From the NCBI GenBank assembly GCA_037447605.1, contig CM074813.1, positions 1,860,001 to 1,924,000 on the forward strand: 64,000 nucleotides of DNA, read 5' to 3'. The notes beneath the pieces are model-generated. The model had not been told where the DNA came from, did not search any database, and worked only from the letters and a program-made list of their open reading frames with translations. Positions 43,501 to 58,500 of this stretch are shown here, piece by piece (within the stretch, counting starts at the first letter, position 1; every line of letters begins with the position of its first letter). The position numbers and the translations under genes were made by a program. This DNA is from Zygnema circumcarinatum SAG 698-1b. Its lineage: Eukaryota > Plantae > Zygnematophyceae.

Positions 43501-46500
43501 TTTGTCTCACATTTCTTTCGGGAATGGTTGCAGACGGAATGGAATCTCATACAGTCTGACATCCTTTCCATGTTACTGCCAACTTATCTTGCCAACAATC
43601 CAAATTCAAGCACAGTTCTGCACCAGCTTTGGCAGCTGAATCGCGAATCTATCACTAAGGCCATGGTTGATGTTCATTCCAAAGATTCAAGCCAAGTTTC
43701 AAGGATCTTGGATGTGTGTCAGGACTTAAAGGTGAGCTGTTTCTGTTTCAAGTCTATTTGTGTAGCGATTGGAAAGTTGTTACTCTCTGCTGCTTCAGTG
43801 TGTGTCATCTTGCATAATCTCGTGTTGTTCAGAATCTGTATCCTCATCGTTATCAACCGATGGCATTTTTTTGCCAAACAGTAACCCGTCTGATTACCTT
43901 TTTTTGTGATTTTTGTGAAATACCAAATGATTTTTTAAGATCGCAAGTGATGTTTAGGGAGTACTAGGATTCTGCAATAGTCTGCTGGTAATTGTTTCCA
44001 GGTTTGAACGTGCAACGGAGATGTTGTCATGTTTGTTTTTGGTCACATGACGTTCAGATTGATTTTGGTTTAGCATTGATTTTGGCTTCGCCGGGCATGC
44101 CCTGACTGAGGCACCTTGATCCCCGATCCCATTTTGAAACTTTTCCTTTGATGATTTAAGGATTTTTGTCAGGGTTTCCTGCAAGTGAATGTTTTGGAAT
44201 CGGAACAATTGGTTGAGATGCTATATTTTCAGTTCTCATGGTTCGTCATGCGCGCACTACGGTCAGTCTATTCTGTTATAGCATACATCTCAGGAAATTC
44301 TAGAAGTCGGCTTCTTGCTATTTAAGTGTGTCTGGTTTTTTAACACCAACAAGCAACTTAATCGTAAGCGGTGACTTGCGTGCAGGTGTTATCACAAGTG
44401 TTGGACAGCACACCTTTCGCGTTTGCAATTGATCTTGCCGCACTTGCTTCAAGGCGAGAATACTTGAATTTGGAAAAGTGGTTGCAAGACATGATCAACA
44501 TTCACCGGGACTCGATATTTCAGGTGCAGCCAGAGCCCAACTGATTTGTTTCATTTCAGGGGTACTACAATGTTTGATATGAACGAGTTTGCAGTATAGT
44601 TAGGGTCCAGCCCTATGATAAGGGTTTCTGGAGTTCATGTAGCACGAGCCAGATTGGCCGGTTGTTAGTTGCGTCCAGTGCTTCGCTTTGTGCACATACC
44701 GAGCTTTTTGTTTGCCATAACTCAACCTTTTTTTCTGGTCGCGCGGCTTAGATCACTTAATGTAGGCATGCTCTCCTCATGCAGGCATGCTTAACGTTTC
44801 TGAAAGAGAGAACTGTGGCTGAACCACGGCCAGACGGGCCTGGTGGTATAGGACAACGTTCCAGTCCAATCAATTTGTCTCTGGAGACAACTGCAATATT
44901 TTTCCGGGTGAGCTGCAGTGGATACATTATTCCAGCTTTTTGTTAAGCTCTTTTGTGCATACTTTCGCATTTCTTGCAGCATATGTATTCGTGCAAGTGA
45001 ATAAATTGTTTTGTCTATGTGCTTGAATTGAGGTTGCCCTTGTTGTCCCAGGACTTCTTTGCCTAAATAGACTATGTTCTGGCAATTTAAGTTGAGAAGA
45101 CCTGGTCACACTTTTTCCAACGAGTTTTGTCAGGTTCATTCGTCAGTGTGCGAGTAGATAGGTATTTGGTCAGCTATTTACTGAAAACGTTGAGTCGTTG
45201 TTTTGTTTGATGCAGGTTCTCCAAAACAACAGCGGTTTCCTTGTTTCCCGTGAATTGACAGAGGAAATGAAGAGGCTTTGGACTTCGGCACTTCGAGCAA
45301 ATCCTCGACTTCATAGCATTGGGAATCCAGAGCAGGTCACAACAGAAGTGTTTGCCAGTGATATTGAAGAGGAAGCGAACTCATATTTTCAGAAGATCTA
45401 TGTTGGTCAGTTGGCAATTGAGGATGTGGTGGATATGCTTAAGCGTTTTAATCGTTCAGCCACAGCCAGGTAAATACGTCCCCTAGCCTCGCCAATCATT
45501 TTTGGATTGTGGCCGCGCTCCTTGTGACGGATGCAATATCTGTATCCCATCGCTCTAGCGCGGCAATACTTACGCGGTTTCTTTGCTCCCTGCATTCAAC
45601 CTAGCAGTGATTCCCACTCTTTCAAACATTCTTTTGCTGACTCTGTGCTGCAATGTGTCCATGCAGGGAGCAAGAGATTTTTGCATGCATGATCCAGAGC
45701 CTCTTTGATGAATACAGATTCTTTTCAAGATATCCGGATCGTGAACTTCTCATAACTTCGATCTTATTTGGTGCGTATACTGCCCTGTAAGCATGTCATT
45801 GTTCATTATCATGATCTACTGGCGATACTGTTTCTATTTCTTTTTGTGCATTTCTTGGATGATCGTTTTGTGAGTTTATTATCAACTGGATCAACTGCAC
45901 AAGTTTGTAGCATAGCTTTATTTGAGAATATGTTATGTTCCTTTCCTCCGCTCAATAAAACTGCATGCACATTGGTAAGCAGTCTTTTTGGTTGAAATGG
46001 GGATGCTGCTCCATTTCTACCCTAGTTTAGGCAATAAAGTGATGGTCGTCAGTTTTGGTTCATGTCTGTAATAGATTCAAGGTTAGAACCGTTCTCTGTG
46101 ACTGCTTGCGCCCTGCCGTTTTCGCAGCCCTTAAGTTTGTTGCTTTTCATCTCTGTTATATTGAAGTGAATGTCTATGTTGAAAGTCTTGATGACTGAAC
46201 GCTCTGCCGTGTGTTCTTATCGGACTTTACCCCGACTTACCCGTTTGTTTGTTGAACAGGATCACTCATCAAGCACCAGCTGGTCTCATCGATCACTCTC
46301 GGTATCGCCTTAAGATGCGTGCTGGATGCACTCCGCAAGCCTTTGGATTCAAAAGTGAGTAAAGTTCATGAAGGCAGAAGGGAGAACATGATCTCATTGG
46401 AACTTCCTTTTTCTCCTTTTTCTTTTCCGACAAATCGTTGAATAACAATTTCCTCGTTATGCGCTGCAGATGATTCAGTTTGGTCTTACTGCTCTGGAAC

Positions 46501-49500
46501 AATTTAAAGATCGCCTGGCTGAGTGGCCTCAGTACTGCAACCATATTCTGCAAATACCGCACATTCGAGATGCTCGGTCAGACTTGACAGAATTTATTGA
46601 AAGAACACTGAACCGGTTTTCTGGTAGCCAAACTGAGTTACCTTTGAGTACTTCGAGTTCGTTGGAGCAGCAACAAGCTGCAGCTATTCAGGCTTTGACT
46701 TCGAGCATCGGTCTCAGCTCTGAGACAGGAGAGAGTTCTGCTCTGCTATCTACTGCTGTGTCTGCTTCATCGAGTGACTCGTTGATGGCATCTCAGTCTG
46801 CCGAAGCCTTAAAGGTGTGAACATAGCAGGAAGCACCCAGTTGCCGTTGTTTATTGTCTTGATCGTGATGACTATCAAGAACCTGGGTTGAGACTTCTCT
46901 TTTGACGGCATTGTCCTTATTTAAGACCAAAGTCGTATAACTGCCTTGAATGTAGTGACATGAAGTTGTTCATTAAGCTTTTATTGTGTTTTTCGGAATT
47001 TTGTCGCCACTCTTCATATCTATCCTTTCGGTTAGCCATAGTGGTTGTTGTCTACCCTATAATTGGCTTTCGATGTTTTAAACTTGTTTTTTTTTTTTGC
47101 AGATGGCTGGCGCCGCTATCCCGACAGCCTCTCAAGACAGTAGCAATGTACTCTTTGCCAGTCAAACCCCAGTTTTTCCAGTTCACCAGATGCAGCCTGC
47201 GAAGGAAGGAGAAAAGCAAGTGATTGAGCAGCAAGAACAGGCACAGGAATTACCTGTAGTTTTAAAGCAGCAACCTTTGAAATCAGAGGATGTTGAGGAA
47301 AAACCACAGCCTGAGCTGCAGGGAAGTGAAATGGCCCGTAGCGGCTCTATGGGGGCTGCGGCACAAGTGGAGCAAGTTGGGAATGCCAAAGTTCAGGTAT
47401 TGCTGAACTTCTGGTGGTGGTCATTTCCTTCATTATTCTGGCCTGTTGCTCTTTTGGTTATGAGTGCTTGTCAATGCCGGTGATGATGAATTTTCCCGTC
47501 GTCCTGTTTGCCAGGCATCTTCTCAAGTACTTGCACCACCTGCACAGCAATCTCAGCAACTACAGGCCAACGGGCAACCTTACCCTCCTCCAAAGCAAGA
47601 AATGCTAAGATCTGCCCGCCTAGGCACTGGGGGTACGTTAATCGTCTGCAGGCGTTCTCATGGAAAGATTTGCCATTAGACAGTGGTTGTTTTCTAATTT
47701 ACCCGAAGTTGCTGTTTTTTCATTGTCCAAGCTTTAGTTTTGTGAATTAGATTTTGTTGGTCTATTCAATGACTTTGATTTGTCTCTGTTAACAAATGTG
47801 TGGTTGGAGCCGAAACTGTAGAGAGTGTTGAAAATTTTGAGCACCACAACAGTCGCTTGGGTTCAGAGTAGGCTGCACCAATTGATTTCTAGGAGCGAGG
47901 CTTTTGGTTTATAGGAATCCCAACAAGGCCGTCAACTACGACTGGATTTGGCCATGCCCTTAATATTGAAACTCTTGTTGCTGCTGCCGAAAAGCGGGAA
48001 AGCGCAGTAAAGGTGAGTTGGTAGATGGTGGTCCTCTGGTAGATTTCGTGAGCACAGCCTCTCAGCTCTTTGTGCGCTGCACTCTGGAATTTGACTACTT
48101 TATTGCCATCAGGGCATGTCATGATGACTTTTTTGTAAATATGCTTTCCTCATTCCATGGTGAATGTGCTCTTCTTAGCTAGATTCTGTATTTGCTTATG
48201 TGTGCGTACGAGAACATGCACAAATGTAGGCGGGTTTAGAACATAAATACGGAAGGATTTTCCTAATTTCCTGAACCACCCCTGTAGGGCTGTGATGTCA
48301 ATGGGAATGTGACACCTGCTTGTCTGTTTTACAGGTTCCCTCATCAGAGGTGCAAGACAAAGTTGCATTCATCATCAACAATCTCTCAATCAGTAATGTT
48401 GAGACAAAATCCAAGGAGATACATGAGTTTCTGACAGATGATTTTCTGCCGTGGTTTGCTCAGTACATGGTGATGAAGAGGTAAGAAACTGGGTTTTCAA
48501 TCATTCAAAAACTCAAGCGCCTGTCTTGCAGTTCTGGCGGCCCTCTCTCCCTGGTTTCCGAAACAACAACCCTCTGCGTCTATCTCCCAGCCCTTAGCAA
48601 GCAACCTAACCTTTTTCCTCTGTCAATGCATGTTTCTGCATTTTCCTGTACCTGGATGTTTAATGTCGCTGTCTGTTTCTGTGTGTGCGTGTGCTGTCTG
48701 TCCGCTGCCTGTCTGTCGTTGTTTGCCACTTATTTTGTCCTCACGAGGTTGACTCCGCATGCAAATAAATCTGTGTCCTGAGTGAATGCATGTAGGTGCA
48801 TACACAATTTTTGTTCAGTTTTAGTTCTTCCTGACAGTAACTGCTCGCCTACCATTTAATTGTTTCGCTTGTATTGGTGTATGCACATTTTTTGCTATTC
48901 AAATAGCAAACATGAACCTACTCGCCGTTCTAATGTCAGGAAGGTCTGCTGATGGATTCCAGGGCGAGCATTGAACCAAATTTTCATGACCTTTATCTGA
49001 AGTTTATCGACAAGATGAACAACAAAAATCTTCTCAAGGAGGTGCAAAAGGCAACATATGAAAACTGCAAGGTACGTTGCAATGGAGTCTGAGAATGAAA
49101 CTATAGATGATAACGGATACCTAGTAAGTCATTTTTTCCTGGTGCTTAGTTTGATTGGCCGATTTAGAAGTTTTAGATTTCGAGAGTGATGCCGTAAATG
49201 TCTTTCTCTGGCAGAACCCCTCTAATTTGAACTTGCCTTTTTTTACGAGATGATTTGTCTCCTTTGGACAAGATGCTTTGACGTGTTGGAGTTCTTTAGT
49301 GTAAGTCATAATCTTGGTTTTGGATGACTTATTGCTCCAGGTGCTCCTACGTTCGGAATTAATCAAGTCAAGTTCAGAAGAGCGGTCACTATTGAAAAAT
49401 CTTGGAAGCTGGATGGGCAAATTGACTATTGGACGGAACCAGGCTCTTCGGGCACGAGAAATTGACCCGAAGTCGTTGATCATTGAGGTACGATGGCCAA

Positions 49501-52500
49501 CATCAATGGACTTATTTTATTTTGGGCTGATAAAGAATCGCGTGTATGGTAGGGAGTGTCACCTGTGTTATCTGGAGCTACAAAGCATCTAACCTTAGAT
49601 CTACTAGCTTTTTCCCAGGATGGAGCATCGTCAACTAATGGGAGCTCGTCTGTTCTCCTGTCTGCAGGCATATGAGAAAGGTTTGATGATAGCAATTATC
49701 CCATTCACATCGAAGGTATAGTAAACCTGGCCAGAATCCTGAAAAGGAGTAATGTAACTTTCGAGCAAAGAAGGAACTTGCATTAGGCGATACATGTTTT
49801 TTTGAAATGTTTGCAGCTGACTAATCTTTTGTGGTTCCAATCGAACATTGCCAGATTTTGGAGCCCTGCTCTTCAAGTATAGCGTATCAGCCTCCGAATC
49901 CATGGACGATGGGCATTTTGGGATTGCTGACCGAGATTTACAATTTGCCCAATTTGAAAATGAACTTGAAATTTGACATTGAGGTCAGCTTTTTGCTTCC
50001 CGTTCCTTAAGGACTGGACTTATAAATGCTGTACATGAACGGTGTCGTGATGGAGAGGGAGACGGTTATTGTTAAAGCTGGTTATGACTGTTTTTGAGAT
50101 TTCCCATTGTGTTAGCACATCGTCAGCTTAAGAACCATTCAGGAACAAACCTGTACGTCATGATGTGTCTTCCTTACACGTCTAACTCGTCCCTTTCACT
50201 TTTTTTTTGTATGCATACCTGTATACTTTTTAAGACATTGCTTTCTCCGCTTGCAGGTTCTATTCAAAAACCTGAATGTTGACATGAAGGATGTCAAGCC
50301 CACCCAGTTATTGACCGGGCGCCAGAGAGAGATTGAAGGGAATCCTGACTTCTCGAATAAGGACTTGAATGTGCACCATCAACCGCCGCCACCACCCCCG
50401 CAGGAGCTACCGACATCAACGCCTCCTTTGCCAGTGCAGTTGGAGCCTCCAGTCACCGTTCCTCCAGCGGTGCCACTCCCACTTCAGCCTCCACCGTCTG
50501 TGGTACGTTGCACACGTGTCATGCTTCCCTGTTCAGCGCTCTGTTCATGCAGGCAAAATTATTTCTAGTCTGTCCTTTGGCCGCTCTCATGAATGCATGT
50601 GAGAGCAGTTCGTCCACTGTGCCTTTACAAAATTTTGGTTCAAGCTGTCTTTGGCAGGCATCTCTGGTCTGTGGAAGTCGCGCTCAGCTCCTTGTTTGCC
50701 TGTATGATTAAACTTTTTTCTGAATATTGGAACTAATGTCTGGTTTTACTTTGTTTGTTTTATCTTTGCTGCAGGCTATGCCACAGCCACCACCAGTGGC
50801 CAGCCAGGTTGAGGTGGAGGACAAGTCCTTAGCTGTTCCTCCTGTTTCTGCCGCTGGGATTGACCGAAGTGCAGCTTCTGCAACCGTAAGCCAAGCATAT
50901 TCTCTGCCAGCGGTGAGAGTTATGCTTTCACTGCAAAACGCGGTTGTACTGATGAATGCAGGAAGGCTGCAGCTTCCGTTGGAAGTATACTTTGGATTGA
51001 GAAAACTGCCAGTTTCTAGTTTCTGTCACTGAAATGAAGCTGCAGTTGGAAAGTTTTACACTTATTTTGTATGGCAAACTACTGAGGCTCTGGCTTTGTT
51101 TACAGGTGCCCATGTCTATACCCAACAATCTTGCTGCGTACATTGTTTTCAGCCCTAAACTTGGTGCTCTCAGTCAGCAGCTGCAGCTTCCCAGGTGAGG
51201 AATCATGCTTTTACAGCTGCATTGTCGTTTAAGTCTGAGTTGCACGTTTCTGTGTAAAATTGAATGCGTGCCCAACTTCTGTCTTACCTTTTTTTTTGTG
51301 TGCAGAATTGTGCCTGTTGCAATGGAACGAGCTATTAGAGAAATTATTTCGCCGGTTGTGGAGAGGAGCGTTACCATTGCTTGCATGACAACGCGTGAAC
51401 TCGTCATGAAGGTTAGTGGAATAGATTTGAAATGCTGGAGCATGCTTATCTTACATGCTTGCTGCGTGCGATTTCTTTTTATTTTTTCTTCTGCCAAGTT
51501 TTCATCAGCTGTGGAAGTACTGAAATGCCCCCTTCACGGCTGTTCTTACTGGATATGTTCTGTCTTTGTAATAATACTTTACTTTAACATCCTTGTCCTG
51601 AGAGGCTGATTTAACTTTTGTTTATCCAGGACTACGCTATGGAAGCTGATGAGTCTCGAACTCACAAGGCTGCAAATTTGATGGTAGCAAGTCTTGCAGG
51701 AAGCCTGGCTCACGTTACGTGCAAGGTATGCTTTTGCTCGTCTTGGTGTTCCTGTTTCAGAGTTGGTAGTTCTCTTCAGTTTGGCACGTGCATATCTAGG
51801 GGTTGTCTTGGAGCATCACAATATTTCCGGTTGGGGTTGTAAATTGCAGGAGCCTCTGAGGGTGGCTATGGCAAATCATCTCCGCAGCCTACTTCAGGCT
51901 GCAAGTGGAGGTGCTGAGGTGGAGCAGGCAGTCCAGCTTATTACGAATGATAACCTGGATCTTGGCTGTGCAGTTATTGAAAAGGCAGCAACTGAGAAGG
52001 TGAAAATACTTTCGATGAAACCGCTTACTGTTCTCAAGGCCTTTTCCAGGTCGTCTTACGCTCTATTGGAACACGCTCTCCTGTTTTGTAGCAAGAAATG
52101 ATCGTTTTTTTCTTTTGTATTTGCTGGTTTCTTAAAAGGCTGAATATCTGTTTTAAGTTTTGTCACAGTTTTGGTACCCTGAACGCTGTCAGGGACAAAA
52201 GGCGTCGGTGCATATCGAAATCTTGTTTTTGAATCACTCTCTATCTCAATGTTGTGAATCTTCATGGGCCTTTCGAGCGGCTGGTCCACCATGTCAAGGT
52301 GTCAATTAGTTATGTCTATTTGATTCAACCACTGAAAAGAAGGCAATGGTTAGAGGCTCAAGCCTATATTTCGAGCTGCCTGTTTTTCTGAGAAATTAAA
52401 CTTTTTGTGTATGCTGTGGCGTTACAAAATATAGGCGCTGCGCGACCTCGAAGAGAATTTGGCGCATCCTCTAGCGGTTCGGAGAAAGCATCGAGAGACT

Positions 52501-55500
52501 CTTGGTGCTGCACTGTACGATGCTTCAATTTATTCTCAGGGCAGTCTGGCACGGCTTCCAGAAGCCCTCCGACCGAAACCGGGGCGCTTGGCTCCTGCCC
52601 AACAACGTGTTTATGAGGTACGGGTGTCGTTTATGAGGGGCAACAGCATGAGGATGCAAATTGTGCTTGCGGCAGTTTTGCTTTCAACTGTGTCGCCTTT
52701 TTTACTGCACCTCGCCTTTTTTACTGCACCTTAATCAGGAAGTGTGGTGTATCAAAGAACTAAGGGATTATCTTTTATGTTACCGTTTTAGTGGATTGAT
52801 ATTGTGCATTCAGCTGTGCATTCATATCCTTCCAGTTGTGCATTCTCTTGTTGCACCTGCCCGTACGACTAGGAAGCAATGCTTGTGTAGAGGCTGTGCA
52901 TTCATCCTTTTGGATAGGTGTTCGCCGAGAAAACGCTGCCTCAACTATCCGCTCTATAAATGTCGTAGATTGAGTTAAACCCGCTCCTTTCTTGCCTTTC
53001 TCGTCTGTTAGAGTTTTCTCATTTTCTGCTTGCGGTGATACTATGGTCTTGTTGTCTTCATGTTTTTGATGGCCCAACCTCACCAATCATCATGCCACCT
53101 TATCATTGATACAACGAGCCTGACGAGCCTGGGTTGTTTCTTCAGGATTTCGCACGGCTACCATGGCAGAATAATCCTGCTTCCAGGGCCCAGCAAGCTG
53201 TCCCTCCTACTCAACAGCCTATCCCACAGTCTGGTGCGGCTGCTCCTGCAGCAGCAGCGGTCTCTGGAGCAGCCCCTCCAGCTCCTTCGAGGATGCCATA
53301 CAGTGTCTCAGGGACTCAACTTGGAACTGGTTTTCCTGCTGCAACTCCAGTCACATTGTCTGCGGGCCAGCAGGTTGGAATAGTGGGAACTGGGATAGAA
53401 GCTGAGATGGAACGACCTCCTGCACCTCCAGCCAGGTATGGCGTTACCCATGCGCTCTGTCTTGCCAATCCACGTCCTAGCTTGTAACTTTGTGAGCTTT
53501 ACCTGCTGGTGGAATTCACTTAGCTCTTGTCAATTCCTTTTATGAGCCTTTGTCAGCAATATAAGTGTTTAACCTGGCTATACGGTGCTTGGCTTCAGTT
53601 CAGCACGATGTGAAGACAGTCTACGCAGAACTGCGAATAATCCTTAGATCGATTGATCATGGGTTTCCTTTTTGAAGTACTCACATTTGGATGTTGTTGT
53701 TTAGCCTGCCGTGAAAGTATATTCATATATTTGGAAAGTTTGTAATCCCTGAAAACTTGTGTACTTACCTTATCGTGCTTTCCACAATATCGATCATGAT
53801 GCAGTTCCAATCTTCCGGCGGCCAGTGTTGCTCCTGTTCCTGAACCTAGTAGGCCTGCTCCAGAAACAGCTACAGGACCCTTTTCCAATTCCAATGTTCC
53901 TGTGGAGACTGCAGGAACAGACATAATCTCTCCTAAGGTGAAACGCTTTTGCAATGTTGATTGCAAGATCACTGATGATGTAACCGTTAAACATTCAATT
54001 GTTCATTGCATTTCTTACGAGTATTGCCATTCCCCTGCACGTTTCGCTAATCAAGCACCTCTTAATGACGTATCTTTGCTTGCCAGCTTTATCAAAAGCT
54101 CTCACTACCAAGTTTTTTCAAAGCTCTGTGGTGGATTTGATTTGCTTGTGTTAAATTTCTCTCGTCGCTTGCATGCAGCTGTCCCCATCGTCGACATCCT
54201 TGGACCAGCTCTCAACTGACCCGTCTCTCAGCACAGGCGAAGCAATTGAAAAGTATCAGCTTATCATCTATAAGGTGATGCCACACTTCAAAGAAAGGAT
54301 TGTTGGTCAGATCGGTAATAGCAATCACAGAGAGCGTGGAATTCTGGTGACTCACGTATAGACGACTTAAAGTAACGCCGCTTCGCGGTTCGTTTGTATT
54401 CCAGAAAACGTCTTATTTTCTTTGCTGATGGAATGTCTTTGCCAATCAGATACCTGAAGTTCAGAATCTGGGTCAAACTGCTACCGTACTACGTTCTGCC
54501 TTTCTCAGTTTTCACACCAGTTTCTCAGTACAAGTTTGAGTGGTTGAAGCCTTTTTAACAAAGCAGAGAATTGTACAATCATGTAGTGGTCGTTGCCTTG
54601 CGGATTTGTGTACATCTCTTTCTGGAGCATCTCGTAGAATGTGAACCTTGAGCGCCTCTTCCCACTACGTTTTTGACGTTTCCGTTTTATTTCAACATCT
54701 CAGATTTTTGTAGTTTTTTTCTGATTTGTAGTTGTAATTTATAGTCAGTTTATTGAATACTGGCGCGTTGCATGTTTGGGTTTCAGCTTGATGTTGCTAT
54801 TTCAAAAACAACTGCGGCGCCTCTGGCAACTCTTCCAGCTGAACATGAGATTCGGGTAAGGCTATTTCACTCAATTGCATTGCCACTGTACTAATAGAGT
54901 GAATCATTGTTGGATGCCAACTTTCCCACTGTTGTCAAGTGGTATGTGTGGGGAGGGGGAAGAGAGAAAGGGAGAGAGAGAGAGAGAGTGCTGTTACAGT
55001 AAGTGAGAACTGGACACTAAGTGGTTGTTCAAGGATGGTGAGCGAGCGGAAGGACAGCCTAGTGCGGAGGAAAATTAGAACGAGGATTTTTGGTGTTTTG
55101 AAAGGAGAGGATAAAAGTGAAGAATTTATTGGTAATCTTGCAGATCAAGTTGTAAGGCAAGCAGTGTTATGTTCATGCAGGTGCTTGTAGCAGAGATTCA
55201 GGAGGTCATCACACAGTGCATCAGTCGAGACGAGGCTGCACTGGCTATTGCACAGAAGGTACAACCTGAGCTGTTCCAGAGTGTTTCGTTCTCCTGCACG
55301 TTTAGTGTTTATGTTTTATCTTAGCATTTAAGGCCATGTTTTTTGTGCAATTTTTTTCTCTCCCTTTTTTTCACTCGCTCATTTTCTCCCCTTTTCTCAC
55401 AGTGCGACTTTTCTCGCACTCCCTTTCGCCCTCCCTTAGATTCTTCTTGTTTTTACTGTTTTCTGCTTTCTCCTTCCCTTCGTTTTTCCTATCAATTCCT

Positions 55501-58500
55501 CCAAGCCTCCCACAATGTTTAACTTAACTAGGTTGAGTGTCTTTTCAGGTTTTTAAGCGCCTATATGAAAACCCAACACATGTGCTCCATGTTTCTACTC
55601 ATTTGGCGATCTTGGAGAGCATTAGGGAGGTTTGTAAGCGGGTCGTCAAGGAGCTTACCAACTGGGTGATTTACTCAGATGAGGACCGGAAGTTGAACAG
55701 GGAGATTGCAGTTGGGCTGATCCAATCCGAGCTTATTAACCTGACAGACTACAATATTCACTTATCTAAACTTATGGACGGAGGGCGGAATGGTATGGTC
55801 TTTGCCTCTTTCCCATTGCCCCCCCCCTCTCGACGTGCTGCCTTTGTTCTAACTGTTTATTGCTGAGTATATTCTTGTTTTATTTCTGTGTTTTCTCTTT
55901 CCTTGGGCACTTCTGAGGGCTTTATAGAAATACATTTTGTAAGGTGGAGAAGCAAACACTTGAGGGGAAAAACTAGTGCTCAACCTGACGTTTCCTTTGC
56001 TGCATGTGTGCAGCAATGGCCTCGGATTTTGCCGTCCATTTAGTGAAGTCCTGTGTCATTCAAGAAAACCTCGTGAGCGCAACAGAGCTCTACAATGTTA
56101 TTGATAGCCTTGCCAAGGTACCGACTTGGGAACTCGAGTGCATTATCCCAGGTCGAAGAAATGATGCAAGCTGTCATTCTAGTAGTGAGGAATGAACTAT
56201 TTGCCTTGTTTTATGAAACTGGCTACTTGCAAATGCTGCTGGCAACGCACTTGCATTGCGTTTTCCAGCTGGTATAACAAACAAACAAATCGATGACGAT
56301 GTTGCAGATTGCACAGAGACCCGGTGCCCCGGAGTCTTTGCAGCAGTTGGTAGAGCTTGCACGGAACTCCACCGCTGCAGCAGTTGCACCAAGCGTAGGA
56401 GCGTTGAAAGATGATAAGGGCAGGCTGGCAAAGGATAAGAAGGTAGTTATAGCCTCTGCCTTTCTGAATTATGCATGTCAAAGGGTACAAGCTAGCAACT
56501 CTTGACCATGGATGGACGATCGTCCACCATTGGATGGCATTGGTGGGATGATGTGGCTTCCTGTGTAGTTGGCTTAGTTGTTTTTTTTTTTTTTTCTTGT
56601 CATTACCAGGCACTCCCTGTACGTGGTCCTTCTATGAAAGAGGAAGGCAAGCCTGTTGCAAGGGATACATCTCCACCAATCCCAGCTGCATTCCGGGAGC
56701 AGGTTAGGATCTGACCTTTGAGTTGGTGCTGTTGCATATTCCATGATCAGAAAGAACCACCATTCGGCTTGCGTATCCTGAAGCTGCTTGCCTAACTCTG
56801 TGGCATTCAGCCAAACTGAATACGCATAAAGAAATTGATAAGGATAGGTCTTATGCCCCTCGCTAACACGGTGCAGTGGGGCTGAAACTGTGCTTATCGA
56901 CAACCGTGACTTTATTCTACATTCAACTGTTCATAGCATGTGCCAAGTATTTTACTGTTGGCTATCTTGCATTCGCGTCAATATTTGCGTCATGACTATA
57001 TTGAAAGCATCAGTTGAAATTCGAGTTTGCTGTTACAGGTGATGGCTGTCTTTGACGAATGGGCCCGCATCTGTGACACTCCTGGCAACAACGATAAGGC
57101 ATACGCACTGTACATGTCTCAAATACAACATTCAGGATTGCTGAAAAACGACGAAGTTGCTGAACGATTCTTTCGCACGCTTATGGTCAGTGCTCGCCCT
57201 GATTCTCTGTTGTCTTTTTACCAAGGGGTACATTTACATTGCATCTACTGCCCACCTTTTCCGTTGTCATGGAGGTACTTAGTTCAGTACATGGATCACA
57301 TGTTGAACATTACTGGATATCTATACGCTTGTGTTCTGGTTCCTTTGTGAATTTCTTTGCTGAACTTCGACTTTATTTCCTGCTGAGCTTTTGTCCAGGA
57401 GCTCTCGGTGAACCACTGCCTGGGCAGTGATGTAACCCAGGCTTCGGCAACTGGACAGCCAAACACTGCTGCTTCCGGATTATCTTTTACTGCTGTAGAC
57501 ATGTATGCACGACTTGTTTTGCTTCTGGTGAAGGTAATGTGTTGAGCTCTCTGCCCAGGGCCTGTCCGAGCTATTGCCCCTCGCTTCCAACATGGCCCTT
57601 CCTTCAGTGTACGGATATTTGTATCTACCTTATGTCTGCGACTCACTCTTGCGCTACATCAGTGCTTGTTAATAAGCTAGTTTTATTATTTTTCTTCTGA
57701 TTTTTTTTTTTTGGTGGTGTGCTGTCTCCAGTATTACGCTGACCCGGGCAACACATCAATGAGCAAGATCAACCTTCTCAACAAAGTATGCCTGAATTGG
57801 TCCTCAAGAGTCGGGAACGTTCCCTTTTGTCCGTTTATGCCGTTTCTTTTAATTTAAAGAAGCGAAGCATATGAAGGGTTGAAATGAGTGGTCAAAAGGA
57901 ATCGAAGAGTTGATTTGAGGTTAATTTTATCAAGGCTGGTGGTCATATTATTTAATTTAAGGCTGGGAATAATTCTCCAAGTTTGCAATGTCCTGAAAAG
58001 GTTCAAAGCACTATCCGGTTGTTCTATTCCTGCAGGTCCTTATGGTTGCAGTAAAGGTCGTATTGCGGGAAGCTGATGAAAAGAAAACAGCTTTTAACTC
58101 CAAGCCATTTTTCCGGCTCTTTGTCACTTGGCTTACGGACTTCAATTCCCCAGATCCCATCCTGGACTCCAGCAATTTCCAGGTGAGGAAATAGTGTTGG
58201 TTCTGCCTCCATTTCATAGATTGTGGTATGTCCGTTGCCAAGTGCACTATTTCTCTTCAAGCAACTGTATATGTGAATTCGGAACCGAGCTTACCTGAAT
58301 CTTCTTGAAAGTTCTCCTTCTGTATTGCTGTAATCTTCTAGTGTTTCGAAGATTTTGCTTACTTAGCACTGGATCATGTTTTACCAAACTGATTCCCCTT
58401 CTGGAATTGTCTATTCCATCACATTTTTCAGGTCCTCACAGGATTGGCCACTGCGTTTCAAGCTCTACAGCCGCTGCGTGTGCCAGCCTTCAGGTAATCC

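Noticed and set aside
46180-54050. Intronic TGATGA box-C-like motifs in CNOT1
   Set aside because: No matching box D with a terminal stem at snoRNA-like spacing was seen.
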